Source: Epiperipatus broadwayi | Taxonomy: Eukaryota > Animalia > Onychophora | Assembly (NCBI GenBank): GCA_028023455.1 | Contig: JAQFVV010000005.1 | Span: forward strand, 23,002,001 to 23,066,000 | DNA: 64,000 nucleotides | Reading direction: 5' to 3' | Part shown: positions 36,780-48,510 of the stretch, piece after piece | How positions within the stretch are numbered: the stretch's first letter is position 1 | How the letters are laid out: each line of letters begins with the position of its first letter | Notes under the pieces: generated by a model | The model's database searches: none | The model's input: only the letters and a program-made list of their open reading frames with translations | What the model was told of the DNA's origin: nothing | Program-made: the position numbers and the translations under genes

Positions 36780-39700
36780 AGTTTGGTGCCTTTATGTGGG
36801 ACATATAGAGCGATATATGTTGATAATCAAGATAGGTGATAATAAGCTGAAGGTATCAATAAATTATGTGGCTATCCAGAAGGAGATCCTGCAAGTGGCG
36901 AACTGACTGGGAATCAAACCTCCTGAAGAAGAACTATATCAGGATTTAAAAGACAAGTTGAGCATGTTTTTTAAACCTGTGTTATCGAAACAAGCACCAT
37001 GCAATAAATAATATTATGATATGGTAGTAAGAACATTAGCTAAAGAGTGTAACTTTAATGCCAAGATAGATGACGTGCTCACTCAATTGTTATAAGGAAT
37101 GACTGACTATAACTTAAGGCAATTTCTTCTGAGTAAGATGGAGTTGATGTATATATATGCAGTTGAGAAATGTATAATCCATGAATTAGTTGTGGAAAAT
37201 ACTGCAGAATTCCGAACCCTAAAAGTGCTTTGAAATTTTCAATGGCAATAAACAAAATGGAAGCTAAAACATTAAGCCATCGAAGTCCGATAAGGCTTGC
37301 CTATATTGTTGTTGTAGAGATAAAGCTCCTCTAAAGAAAAGCTGTAGGTTTAATAATAAAAGATGTCATGTTTGTGGCATAACTGGATACTTATCACATG
37401 TTTGCTTCAGTAAAGTCAAAAATAGTAAAACTGGCTTAAGTTCAGACTTTAAATCATGAGGCAGAAGTGTACATATATATGAGCAAAAAAAATATTATGG
37501 AAATAGATGGTGGCATAGGATTGTCATTATTATCACAGATTGATTGGATAAAAATAGTTTGAAAATGTAAAAAGAATGTTACACCTGAGAAATCTGATGT
37601 GCTAGGTACTGACTTAAATGGTAAGAATATAGATATGTAGAGAAATAGCAGTACTTGTTAAGGTAAAGTCTAAAATGAAATTTCTACCCCTTTATAGTGT
37701 GAAGCATGATGCCACTTCTATTTTAGAAAGAAACTGGTTCAAACCATTGGGAATTTGGATTGACATAATTTAAAAAGTATAGTTAGAATCTGAGATCTGA
37801 GTTAAGCAAGGACCAATAGAGTTAAAAACAGCTAATTGACATAGAACTAGTAGAAGTGCAACCAATTGCATGTAGAATATTTAAGGTTTCATTTGTATTA
37901 AGATCAAAAGTAGAACAAAATTCATGAGCTGGTTAAAAGAAGTGTTTTAACTCCAATAGAAGAGTCATTTGGCCATCTCTGTTATGGTTATATAGAGGTC
38001 AGCTGGAATTGTTCTTATATGCATAGATTACCACATATTGTTAGAAAAATATATCAATAAGACAGCTGATCCTGATATCCAGTATGAGAGAGATAATAAC
38101 ATAATTTCAGAAAGCAAAGTTTTTTTCTAAAATCGATTTAAAGTCTGCATTCTAGCAAATTCCCACCATGATGGAACAGTTGAATTATTAACTGTATGCA
38201 CCCACCCAAGGTTATTTAAGTGCAATAAATTACCGTATGGGATAACAATAGCACCAAACCTTTTGTAGGCAAAAATGGATAGCTTGTTTCAGAATATAGA
38301 TGTTATACCATATCTTGGTGATATCTTAATAATTGCAGAAACAGAAAGTGAAATATCATCATGTGTATTTAAAGTTTGTGATAAATTCAATAAAATTAGT
38401 GCAAGATTTAATGTCCCTAAATGCATTTTGAGTACCACCAAAATTAGGTTTCTGGGACTGTAGTTAATCATAAAGAAAAGTATCCTAACTCAGAATAGAT
38501 GAAAGTATAAAAATTGCCTAAAAACCAAAGAATGTCAAAGATTTACAAGTATTTTTAGGCCTTTCAATTTTCTTTGAGTTTTTTAAAAGGAAAAGCTCGT
38601 GTTACATTATACCAATTGTAAGAAAAAGACAGCAATGGAAGTGGAATGTAGAGCATGAAAATGCTTTCAATAGAATTAAGGACCTATTAATTTCTAACCA
38701 ATTATTTGTCCACTATTGTAATGATCAGAAGTCATAGTTATAACTGATGCTTCAGAATATGGAATAAGGGGGGCTATAACATCACATTGTTATGGAGGTG
38801 AACATCCTATAACTTATGCCGCTAGAACACTGACTGCTGTGACTGCTGCCAAAAGAAATTACAATCAGTTTGACAAAGAAGCTTCAGTGATAGTTTTTGC
38901 TGTGAAAAAAAAATCCATCAGTATATTTATGAACACGAGTTTAGAATTCACACCAATTATTATCCTTTGATAGATATTCTACAAAAATTTAAAGAAAGCT
39001 CCTGAATATGCCAGTCAAAGAATGATCCATTGGATTGAGACATTGGCAGCCTACGATTTTGAACTTATTTATAAATCTGGTAAAGAAATTGACCATGCTG
39101 ATTGATGCACTGTCAAGATTTTCAGATACATACAAGTTTGAGTATAAAATTCAATCACATAGACTCCATTGAAAACAATGTGTTGATTAGTATCATAGTG
39201 GCTAAATGGATTAAAAGTGATTCTGGCTATCAAACATTAGAGAGACCTAATAGTCAACCTAATTACATGGCCAAACCTGTGTAGAATGTACAGAAAAACC
39301 TATCAGGTTGCAACAGAACTGTATACTTATATCAACTGAAGGCAGTAAACAAGTTATAGCTATGCTTCTAAAGGACACATAAGAATAGTGAGAGTGAAGG
39401 AATTAGTTCAGTCATATGTATGGTGATCAAATATGGTTGAGAGATTGAGACAACAATTAAACATTGTGGAGATTGCCCATCCACCATTAAGTGGCCACTG
39501 AGAAAATTAGAATTTTGATTTAAAGCATACCAAGCATGGCAAAGACTACTCTTGGAACATGCTGGATCATTGAATTGGTTACATTTTTTTTATAGTTATT
39601 GACTCATACTCTAAATGAACAAAGTCCAAAATTGTCAAAATCGCAGCGGATACTATTAAAGCTATCAATGAAATATTCTCATGTAAAAATCCTGGATCTA

Positions 39701-40480
39701 TATTCTGTTTATGGAGCTGGTTTCTTAACTATGCAGTTTAAAGACTTTTTGGTTTGTAAGGGGATATGTTAGAAATTAACACCACCATCCCACCCTCAGT
39801 TAAATGCTCTAGCTGAAAATGCAGTACAAAAATTAAAGACCACATTAAATAAAACTTTATAAAGATATCAGCAACATTTTGACAGATGCGATGTTTTGTT
39901 CTTTTCATTTCTAGCATGATTACTAAAAGGATGTTTGGCTGAAATGTTAATGCATTGCAAGTTTCAAAGACATATTTCATTGTTAGTTCCTAACCAAATG
40001 AGACCATTTTGACAGTAAAAAATTTAAAGTTGACAGCATTGTATGGATAGAAAATATTCTAACTGAAAGTGGAATCCGAAGTGATAGTAAAGGTTATATC
40101 AAAATAATTAAGATTAAATCAGTTGTCCAATGAAAACCAAATCAGAAGCATGTCACCATTTGACAGATTGTCAGAGTGAGTCATTAGAGCCAGTAGTCAA
40201 TAGAAAATCAGCTTGACAGAGAGAGTACTCTAACAAAAGATGAGTGTGCAGACACATTACTAGAGTTGCGAGATATAACATCAAACAATAAGCAGACAAA
40301 TTAAATTGATTTAGCTGAAATGAATAATCAGTCTAACAAGTCAGCAATTATACCAGTGGTGGACCCCCTGTCTTTAAAACAATCTAATGACTCAAGATGA
40401 AGATAGGCCTATACCATTGCTGAGAAATGCCAGAGACTGTCATCAAAGGCTGGAAGATTATATTTGTGGCTGAAAAGACA
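36780..40480 (+). mobile_element. Decayed Ty3/Gypsy (Mag-type) LTR retrotransposon gag-pol
   Basis: gag GIKPPEEELYQDLKDKLSMFFKP; RT IDLKSAF*QIP, KLPYGITIAPNL, YLGDILI; RNase H ITDASEYG, RNYNQFDKEA; integrase GHIRIVRVKELVQSYVW. Many stops and frameshifts. Confidence 0.9.
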
Positions 40481-40589
40481 ATTTTCTAGAATGAGCAAAA
40501 AAGTTGGACTGTCTTTAATTATTATAATCCAGAGCGTGCGGATATATATATATATTTAGTTTCATGTAAATAAAGATTTTATATAATGT

Positions 40590-42300
40590 AATTACAGTCA
40601 CACAACATATGAATGAATTTACCCCATGCTAATTATTCTCTAGAAAATTTCCATACCATAAGCATGCATCAGACTTAATGAAATTAATTTATGCTAAAAT
40701 ATTCAGATTAATACAGAAACTGGACTGATATAAAACTGCAGATAATCTGGAAAAATATGTGTATATCTAAAAGAGGTGCAAATTTAGTACGCGATCTCCG
40801 CCATTTTGAATTTCAAAGATGGCCAAAAACATCGTCTGACACATCTAAGTGATAAAAAAGTACGTGAAAACAGGAAAAATGTAGAACTTGGGTCACGTGA
40901 CTTGGAAAAACCCGCCAAAATGCACAGGTAAAAAAAAAACCCGCCAAAACACAAAAAATTTAGAACTGTGATCATGTGACTATAATATCGATAAAAAGCA
41001 ACATATATAAAAAAGAAAGCCATAAAAAAAAAAAAGCCAAATCATGAAAAATTTAGAACTATGGTCACGTGACTATAATATCGATAAAAAGCAACATATA
41101 TGCGATATATATATATCACACAAATAAAATGTTAATTTTGTAACCTGCATGATTTAATAATGCATGTTAGCTTTTTATATATTTTAAATATCTATGCTTT
41201 TTATATGTTAATAATACATGATGCTTTTTATTTAATCTGTGTTCATTAATGCATATTAGCTTTTTATATTTTTTGCAATCTATCAGTTGCTTTTATTTGA
41301 TATTATAGTTGGTGTAACCTGAGTTCATTAATGCATATTAGCTTTTTATATTTTTTGCGACCTCAGATCTCTGAGTTGCTTTTATTTGATATTATAGTCA
41401 CATGACCAGTGTTCTAAATTTTTCATGTTTGGCTTTTTTTTTTACTATGTGATCTATTCGGCTTTTTTTTTATTTATGGCTTTCTTTTTTATATATGTTG
41501 CTTTTTATCGATATTATAGTCACGTGACTACAGTTTTAAATTTTTCGTGTTTTGGCTTTTTTTTTTTTAACTGTGCGTTTTGGCGGGTTTTCCCAAGTCA
41601 CGTGACTCAAGTTCTAAATTTTTCCTGTTTTCGCATACTTTTTTATCACTTAGATGTGTCAGACGATGTTTTTGGCTATTTTTGAAATTCAAAATGGCGG
41701 AGATCGCGCACTAAATTTGCACCTCTAAAAGATATCTCGTGATAACTCAACTCAGACAAATGGACAATATTTACTAATGCATATAAAGAAATTATACACA
41801 TACCGATTGAAGATATGTCTACAGTTAGAGATCTTATTTTCTATGAAGAGTAAATGCTTTAATTTTTGCTTATTTTTATGTAAGCCGATAAATATATTTT
41901 ATTTAATATAATTACAGTCACTCAACATATGAATAAATTTACCTCTCATTAATTATACTCTAGAAAATTCCCATATTATAAACATGAATCAGACTTTAAT
42001 GTATGCTTAAATATTCGGATTAATACAGAGACAATTGATAAAACTGAGATAATCTAGTAAAGTGTGTGTGTGCATAAAAGATATTATGTCAAGATAACCC
42101 ACTTAAATGGACAATGTTTGCTAAGCATATAAGTAAAGAATTTATACACCAAATTTTTAACTACTTATATGTCTGTTATTTTGTTACAAATGAATAAACT
42201 ATTGGTTAAGTTTATTTTGCTTCAATGACTTTTATTCAAAATTTATTGATATGACCTGGCTGGTATTATAATACCCTCAGAGAATATAGCAGTTTGTTTT
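40590..42300 (+). repeat. Tandem about 362-nt units (possible 3' LTR relic), first unit interrupted by the MITE
   Basis: ATTACAGTCAC.CAACATATGAAT at 40591 and 41911; 1320 minus 958 inserted bases gives 362. Confidence 0.55.
40773..41725. mobile_element. 953-bp fold-back MITE with long TIRs
   Basis: Termini GAGGTGCAAATTTAGT...ACTAAATTTGCACCTC, TIRs over 300 bp, internal subrepeats, TSD TAAAA (40768-40772, 41726-41730). The paralogous empty site CATAAAAGATAT lies at about 42073-42084. Confidence 0.9.
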
Positions 42301-43069
42301 TTATCCAATTTTTATACGGTTGTCAAGTGTTCTTAGCAGGAAAGTATGTTCACTAATTCAGAAAAATTTCTTGATACTGTAATAAAAAAAAGAATAACCA
42401 CTCAATCATCATCTGTGATGATTTTGCCACCTAATTCTTGTATAAAGATGTTGTCATCTATTGATAAGCAGATTTGTTGACTAAAAAAAGTATTCTGACA
42501 CTAGAATCAAAATCTGTTTCAATATTAACTCATTCTTTTGCATCTTGTTTATAATATTAGTTTTTTGGCAAGAAATATAAAATGTTCTGGAAGAGTGATA
42601 TTATTACGATTCTATCCACGACTAAATGAAACCCTTGTAAGATGATTATATGGTTAGTCTGTTAATCTGATTATAAGAAAATGGAAAATAGTTACTAAAT
42701 GATTTATGATCCTCTCCGTCCCAGGTTCTTTTTTTTATATATGTAATAAATATAATTTACATAAATATACTTAAATTTGAGCAAAAGGTGTCTAATTGCT
42801 AATATATATTCTCTATAATATTTGTAATAAGCATGCAAGAGTAACTAATATCTATGGGAATTAATGTTCTGTGTGGTTGTAAGATCTTTGCATGATCCAA
42901 TATTAGCGCATCCAGTGCTCAAATTTTTTATGAACTTTCGGATAATAAAACCATTCCATTATTTGTTTTTTTTTTATAATAATTGCTCAGTCTTTAAGTC
43001 TTTATTTTTTGGCAATAGAGATGTAGATTAACGCACAATCCATCCACAAGCATAGAAAGAATAAATGAT

Positions 43070-43620
43070 GATGAAATCATTATGCTGTATTGCAATGATG
43101 ATTAGATTGCATTGGCAAGAAATTAGAAAGATCTAATTTTCACAGTTGATATACTGTAAGCATAACTTTTTGTTGATCTAAATATAAGAAAATGTGATTG
43201 TTCAAAATTAAGAACTGAAAAATTAAATAATTTGATTTGTACCGGTCAGGGAGTTGAAAGGATAAAGAAATAAAAAAGTGTCTTGGGATTATATAGAATA
43301 AGAGAAAATAACTGATGAAATTTTGGTAGGGATTATTAGATGGAGTAGGATACCTTTGATTTTGGTTGGATAGAATAAGCAAACAAGAAGAGCAACAAGA
43401 AAGAATATGTGGACTCTCATGTAGATTGTAAAATATTGTATGTAGCAAAGAAAGATAAAAATGATTGGCCTGCAAAATTTTTTTAATGAAAATTAGTACA
43501 TAAAATGAGAAATTAATGATTTGAGGGAAAATGACACTGGGGAAGGATATACTGGATGTTGTAAAAAAAGATAGTTAATGCAGTTTGGATTTGTTGGGAG
43601 AGGGATGGGCAGATAGAAAA
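43070..43620 (+). mobile_element. Decayed LINE RT fragment
   Basis: EIIMLYCNDD*IALARN*KDL (FADD motif) and KCLGII (YLG motif). Confidence 0.55.
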
Positions 43621-44224
43621 GATTTCAATTCAAATGCTTGAATGATATGAATGAGACTATGAGAAGTAGAAGTGGAGCATGATCATAATGGAAGAGAATG
43701 ATAATTGAATATGAAAAAATACAGACAAACAAAATTTCCACACGATTTATGTAACTTACTGATATAAAAGCTTCATTAAAGTAGTTATGGTTATGATAAA
43801 CTGCAGCAGTAAGGATCAAATATTATCACTTAATGTTAGTACTTCTGTATCAAGTTTATACCCACCAAACTCGTAATCTGGGTTTCTATTTCAGGCTGAG
43901 TGAATTCAGATCACGAGCTTAGGATTATTCTTTTAGTAGACTATCCAATCTTATTAGCCATTCAATAGCAAGCACTAATTAAATGTTTAGTTGTTCTTAC
44001 CTAGACTAATTGCGTTCAGGTAATTATCAATGTGCCAACTATACAGTAGTATATGTCTCATTCATCTACAAGTTCTGAGACAGATTATCTTAACTTTTTG
44101 TTCTGAATTATTAGCATTTATTATTTTGCTATTTATATCATTGATTCTTCAATCTTTTTATTTATTATGAATCTTATTCCACAAAAACTTCCAATATTTG
44201 TTCTTTCATTGTGCAATTAAAGTA

Positions 44225-44405
44225 TTAAACTAGAGCATTATAAAAAAACCTAGAAAGAGACCACATATGAGGTGGATGGATTAAGTAAGAAAGTTTGTTG
44301 GAGTTGATGTCAAAAAGAGAGATTATAGATTGAAGAAACTGGATTAAACTTGGAGAGACTTTCATTCTGAAGAGAAGGTTAATGATTGAAAATGATGATG
44401 ACACT
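44225..44405 (+). mobile_element. RTE 3' end fragment
   Basis: CTAGAAAGAGACCACATATGAGGTGGATGGAT...TTGGAGAGACTTTCAT...GATGATGAC, same family as 11238 and 34375. Confidence 0.75.
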
Positions 44406-45126
44406 AGTAGTAAATATCCATTTTTCAAATAAATCATTTTTTCACTCATTGCAGAATGCTCAGCATGGTTTGGTACACTGATAGAGTGGCAGATTTGAAA
44501 CTTATCACAGCTAGTAGTATCATTTCCGGGGTTTGAACCTCATATGAACTCCAAGCAATAAAACCATTTGATTATTATTATTATTAGACAGTTATTCTTC
44601 AATAATTTTTTTTGACTCAATTTCATCTAAAATTTTAGCTGGCCAAGTACAAGGTCAACGAGTTAGGTTCTAACTTGAAAGTTTTTTACACTCCCAGTTT
44701 TGTCCCTAACCACTGGCTTGCAAGACATGATTTTACAGCCTTTCGGTATGAAGACTGTAAGTTATCATTGATTATCATAAGTATAAATACGGGGGACGGG
44801 GACGGGACCAATGCATCCACACTCCTACATCCTGCCCTTAACAAAAGTTCGACCGAACTACCAGGCTCCTGAAGTTATAACAAATAAACTAATCATGCAG
44901 GCATATGTATATTGGTGAGCAGCACATTTCAAAGTTCGTTTATCAGGTAAAAAATATTTAGCAATAACAGCTGCAAGAAAAATAACACATAGAGCGGACA
45001 ATATGAAGGTGTTCTGTTTATTTTTAATGTCTCAGATATAAAGCAGAATCGTCTTTCAATTAATAGAAATATAGCCACAGAAGTGGGATGGTTGGAAGTT
45101 TCGCCTAAAGTACCTTAATCCTTACC

Positions 45127-45820
45127 TTCATATTGGCCTTTCAAGCCAATTGTGCAAACGCTTTGCGAGTATTAAATAATAAATGAATACCCTCTGACCA
45201 ATACAAGATATAGAATTTATGCAGGAATAAAAAGAATCCCTCTTATTTCTACGACTCAAATATTTATATATGAGCAAATCTGAAGTACTAGCACAGAAGG
45301 TGTGACAATATAACAGTTACTTTAAATTACTATATACAATGTCTGAATGAATGATGCCGATGAAATTTTCTAGAATTTACTAAGCGTCATTCCAACTGAA
45401 ACTTAATCATATATATAAATAAGCATTTATTTTTATAGCGTCTGTATACAATTTGTAATTACATTCATATCGGCCTTTCAAGCCAATTGTGCAAACGCTT
45501 TGCGAGTGTTAAATAATAAATGAATACCCTCTGACCATTCATCGGCATCATTCATTCAGACATTGTATATAGTAATTTGAAGTGACTGTTATATTGTCAC
45601 ACTTTCTGTGCCAGTACTTCAGATTTGCTCATATATAAATATTTGAGTCGTAGGAATAAGAGGGATTCTTTTTATTCCTGCATAAATTCTATATCTTGTA
45701 TTGGTCAGAGGGTATTCATTTATTATTTAACACTCGCAAAGCGTTTGCACAATTGGCTTGAAAGGCCGATATGAATGCAATTACAAATTGTATACAGACT
45801 TCTATAAAAATAAATGCTTA
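45127..45820. mobile_element. Family E: young 337-nt tandem monomer with fold-back, no hammerhead detected
   Basis: TCATATYGGCCTTTCAAGCC at 45128 and 45465; inversion junction 45536/45537; 13-bp TSD CTTAATCCTTACC (45114-45126, 45821-45833). Confidence 0.8.
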
Positions 45821-45969
45821 CTTAATCCTTACCATAATATAAAGGCATATACATATTCAGCATACTTCTGTATAGTATTCAAATATATATATTTAAATGA
45901 TTTTTATATATATTTACGGCTTTGCCTGGGGAGAGTCTAGTTCAGAAAAATAGTTTTAAAGGTCAGTGA

Positions 45970-46010
45970 TTTTTTTTTTTTTTGTTGCATTAATTTACTT
46001 TCAGGTAAGA
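45970..46010 (+). other. Candidate recursive splice site (ratchet point)
   Basis: T-run...GTTGCATTAATTTACTTTCAG|GTAAGA, junction 46004/46005. Confidence 0.45.
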
Positions 46011-46091
46011 AATCCTTGCTAATAGTTAGAAATTATTTTAATCAATTCTTTGTATTTGTGTCCGACTAATTTAGGGGAAGGTGAAATAAAT

Positions 46092-46570
46092 TGTGACGAA
46101 TATCGTTTTAACAATTTATTGCCGAATCGATTGATTGATCAGAGTTTATCCTTGACAGTTTAGATAAAAATTTGAGTCGGTTTTTATTGAAGGTTTAGTG
46201 TGGGTAGCAAATCATTAGTGCGGATTTCGCAAGCACACTGCAATTAGAATTTTTGTCTGGTTTGTGTTAAAAGATAAATCAATCTTTAAATAACTCATTG
46301 CAGGGCAAAGGCTTCTCCAACTTCTTATTATAGAGGAATAGTGAAAAAAGCAATAGTTTTCAGGCTTGTCAGTTGCTGGGCAGTGGGGATTTGAGTGGTT
46401 TTTTCTCTTTTTGTTTTATCCGATTCGAATTCGGATCATAGGTATAACAAGCAAATCTCTTTGAATGCATCATAAAGCCCTGAATGCATCATAAAGCCCT
46501 CCCCTAATGTGTGTATTCTAAATTAATTTATCTATAAATTATTCGTTATAATCAGATCGATTTAGTGACA
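46092..46570 (-). mobile_element. Possible solo LTR
   Basis: TGTGAC...GTGACA ends, CpG-richer than its flanks, minus-strand AATAAA about 25 nt from the end, internal 19-bp duplication GAATGCATCATAAAGCCCT. No TSD found. Confidence 0.35.
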
Positions 46571-46624
46571 ATAGCGATATTCATTTGATATATTAGTAAT
46601 TATAGTCTCCGATTTGGACACTTA

Positions 46625-46975
46625 ATAAAAGAGCAATACAGAGACTTCAGACCAACAAGAAGAGATCGAAAACGCAATACATGGGAAAGAGAACAAACAG
46701 GTGTTACTGACCTCATTGAAAAAATTAAAAGACAAGTGGAGTTGGACTGGACATATTGCTAGAAGAGATGATAATAAATGCGCAATTGAAATCTTAAATT
46801 GGATTCAAAGAGATGTAAAAGATCCAGAAAGAGACCACATGTGAGATGGATGGATGAAATAAAAAAAGTGTGCAGGAGTGATGTGGAGAAGAGAAGCTAA
46901 AGATTGGAGAAGATGGATTGAACTTGGAGAGACCTTCATCCTGCAGTGGATTGATAATGGTTGATGATAGTTCTC
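46625..46975 (+). mobile_element. RTE 3' end fragment
   Basis: KEQTGVTDLIEKIKR..WSWTGHIARRDDNK; colinear with 11238-11715. Confidence 0.85.
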
Positions 46976-47519
46976 CGGAAATAAATTAAAAAATAGCTTA
47001 AGCATCTAGTCTTGTGCAATGCTAAATGTTTCAGCATTATTTTTTAACTAATAAAATTTGGGAAAAGAAAGGTGAAAAAAATCTTAATGAACCACCTAAA
47101 GCCTCCCACCCTCCAAAATTTTGGATTTGAGGTGATACTTACCTTTTCAAACATTTAACTGCAATAAATAAAATTATTCATAGATGTTCTGATTTAACAT
47201 CAGTTGCTGGAAATCCAAAGAATGGGATATCTCCAAATGACCTGTCAGATGTTTGGTTTTTCTAGGCACCTCCAAGGCACAGCCATTGTTTTGATCATGA
47301 TTTCTTCTTGCTTCATCATTAATCTCTCACAGCACTAAATCTTTTTAATGAATTAGGTCATCTCATAATATGATTCTGAAAAATTTAGTTGAAAATAACA
47401 GACTTGAGAGCCAAAGTATTTTAATATGATTTCCAGCTAAAGAAAGTAAGAGAAGAGAATCTATCTTATTAATGCTCAAATATCACATCCTTTGAGGTAA
47501 CTGATGATATAACAGAATA

Positions 47520-48510
47520 GCTTATATTAATTCTGTATCTCCCAAGCAACTGTTCAAATGATGAATAAATAGTCTATATTGATTCTTTATACATATACTC
47601 ATCTCTTATCTCCCAAGCAACTGTTCAAATGATGAATAAATAGTCTATATACATCTCAAACACCTACTGGTTTCCCAGACAACTGATCAGATAATGAATA
47701 AATATCTCTAGATCTTTCACGAAACTAAATAGATGAGTAAATACACCAGCCTAAATATCACTTGATCTCCAAGCAACTGACAAGTAAATAACTTACATTG
47801 ATTCTCTCTGTATATTCAACACAAATGTTTTCTAACTTCCCAAGCATCTGATCAGATGATGAATAATCATTACCTGTCCTTCCAAGTGATTAAATAAATG
47901 AGTAAATAGCTTGTGATTCGCTATGTTTATACTCAGCTCAGACATCTGACCTCACATCAAATGACCAAATGATGAGTAAATCGCTTATCTTCTTTTATAT
48001 AATACTCAGCTGAGACATTACTTTACCTCCTGAACAACTTAACAGATAATTAATACATAGTTTGTTTTGTTTTTCTAAGTGTATCCTCAAATGAAAGATC
48101 ACTTAATTGATCAGATGATGAATGAATAATTTATTTTGATTCCCTATATGTACCCTCAATTTAAACATCACTTGACCTCTCAAGCAACTAAATAGATGAA
48201 TAAATAGTTTATAGTGATTCTCTAAGTATATATTCAGTGCACATGTCATCTGACCTTTTTTAACAACAGACCAGATGATGAGTAACTCTACATGTATAGT
48301 CAATTCAAACACCTTCTGACCTACCAGCAACTGTACAAATAACGAGAAAACATCTCCTGATTTTCCAAGCAATTAAATAAATGATGGATAAATATAGGTG
48401 ATAGTGATTCTCCACATGTATATTCAGCTTAATTATTATCTGATCGAGCAATTGACCTTATGATAATTAAATAGCTTATATTGATTCTCTTTGTGAATAT
48501 TCAACTCATA
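47520..48510. repeat. Degenerate minisatellite, about 14-15 units of 45-90 nt (mode about 69)
   Basis: Recurrent YCCAAGCAACTGATCAGATGATGARTAAATAGCTTATATTGATTCTCT-like motif. Confidence 0.75.

Noticed and set aside
40640-40680. CTGATGC...GAAA hammerhead-like string in the 362-nt unit (minus strand)
   Set aside because: A9 is missing, there is no stem I pairing and it is not conserved in the other two units.
43140-43475. 111-aa minus-strand ORF
   Set aside because: Antisense shadow of a decayed LINE RT.
45450-45515. Twister-like GGCCTTTCAAGCC loop in family E
   Set aside because: Loop length is wrong and I could not build P1/P2 or find the conserved GAG segment.
47520-48510. CRISPR array
   Set aside because: Eukaryotic context; the units are homologous along their length with no unique spacers.
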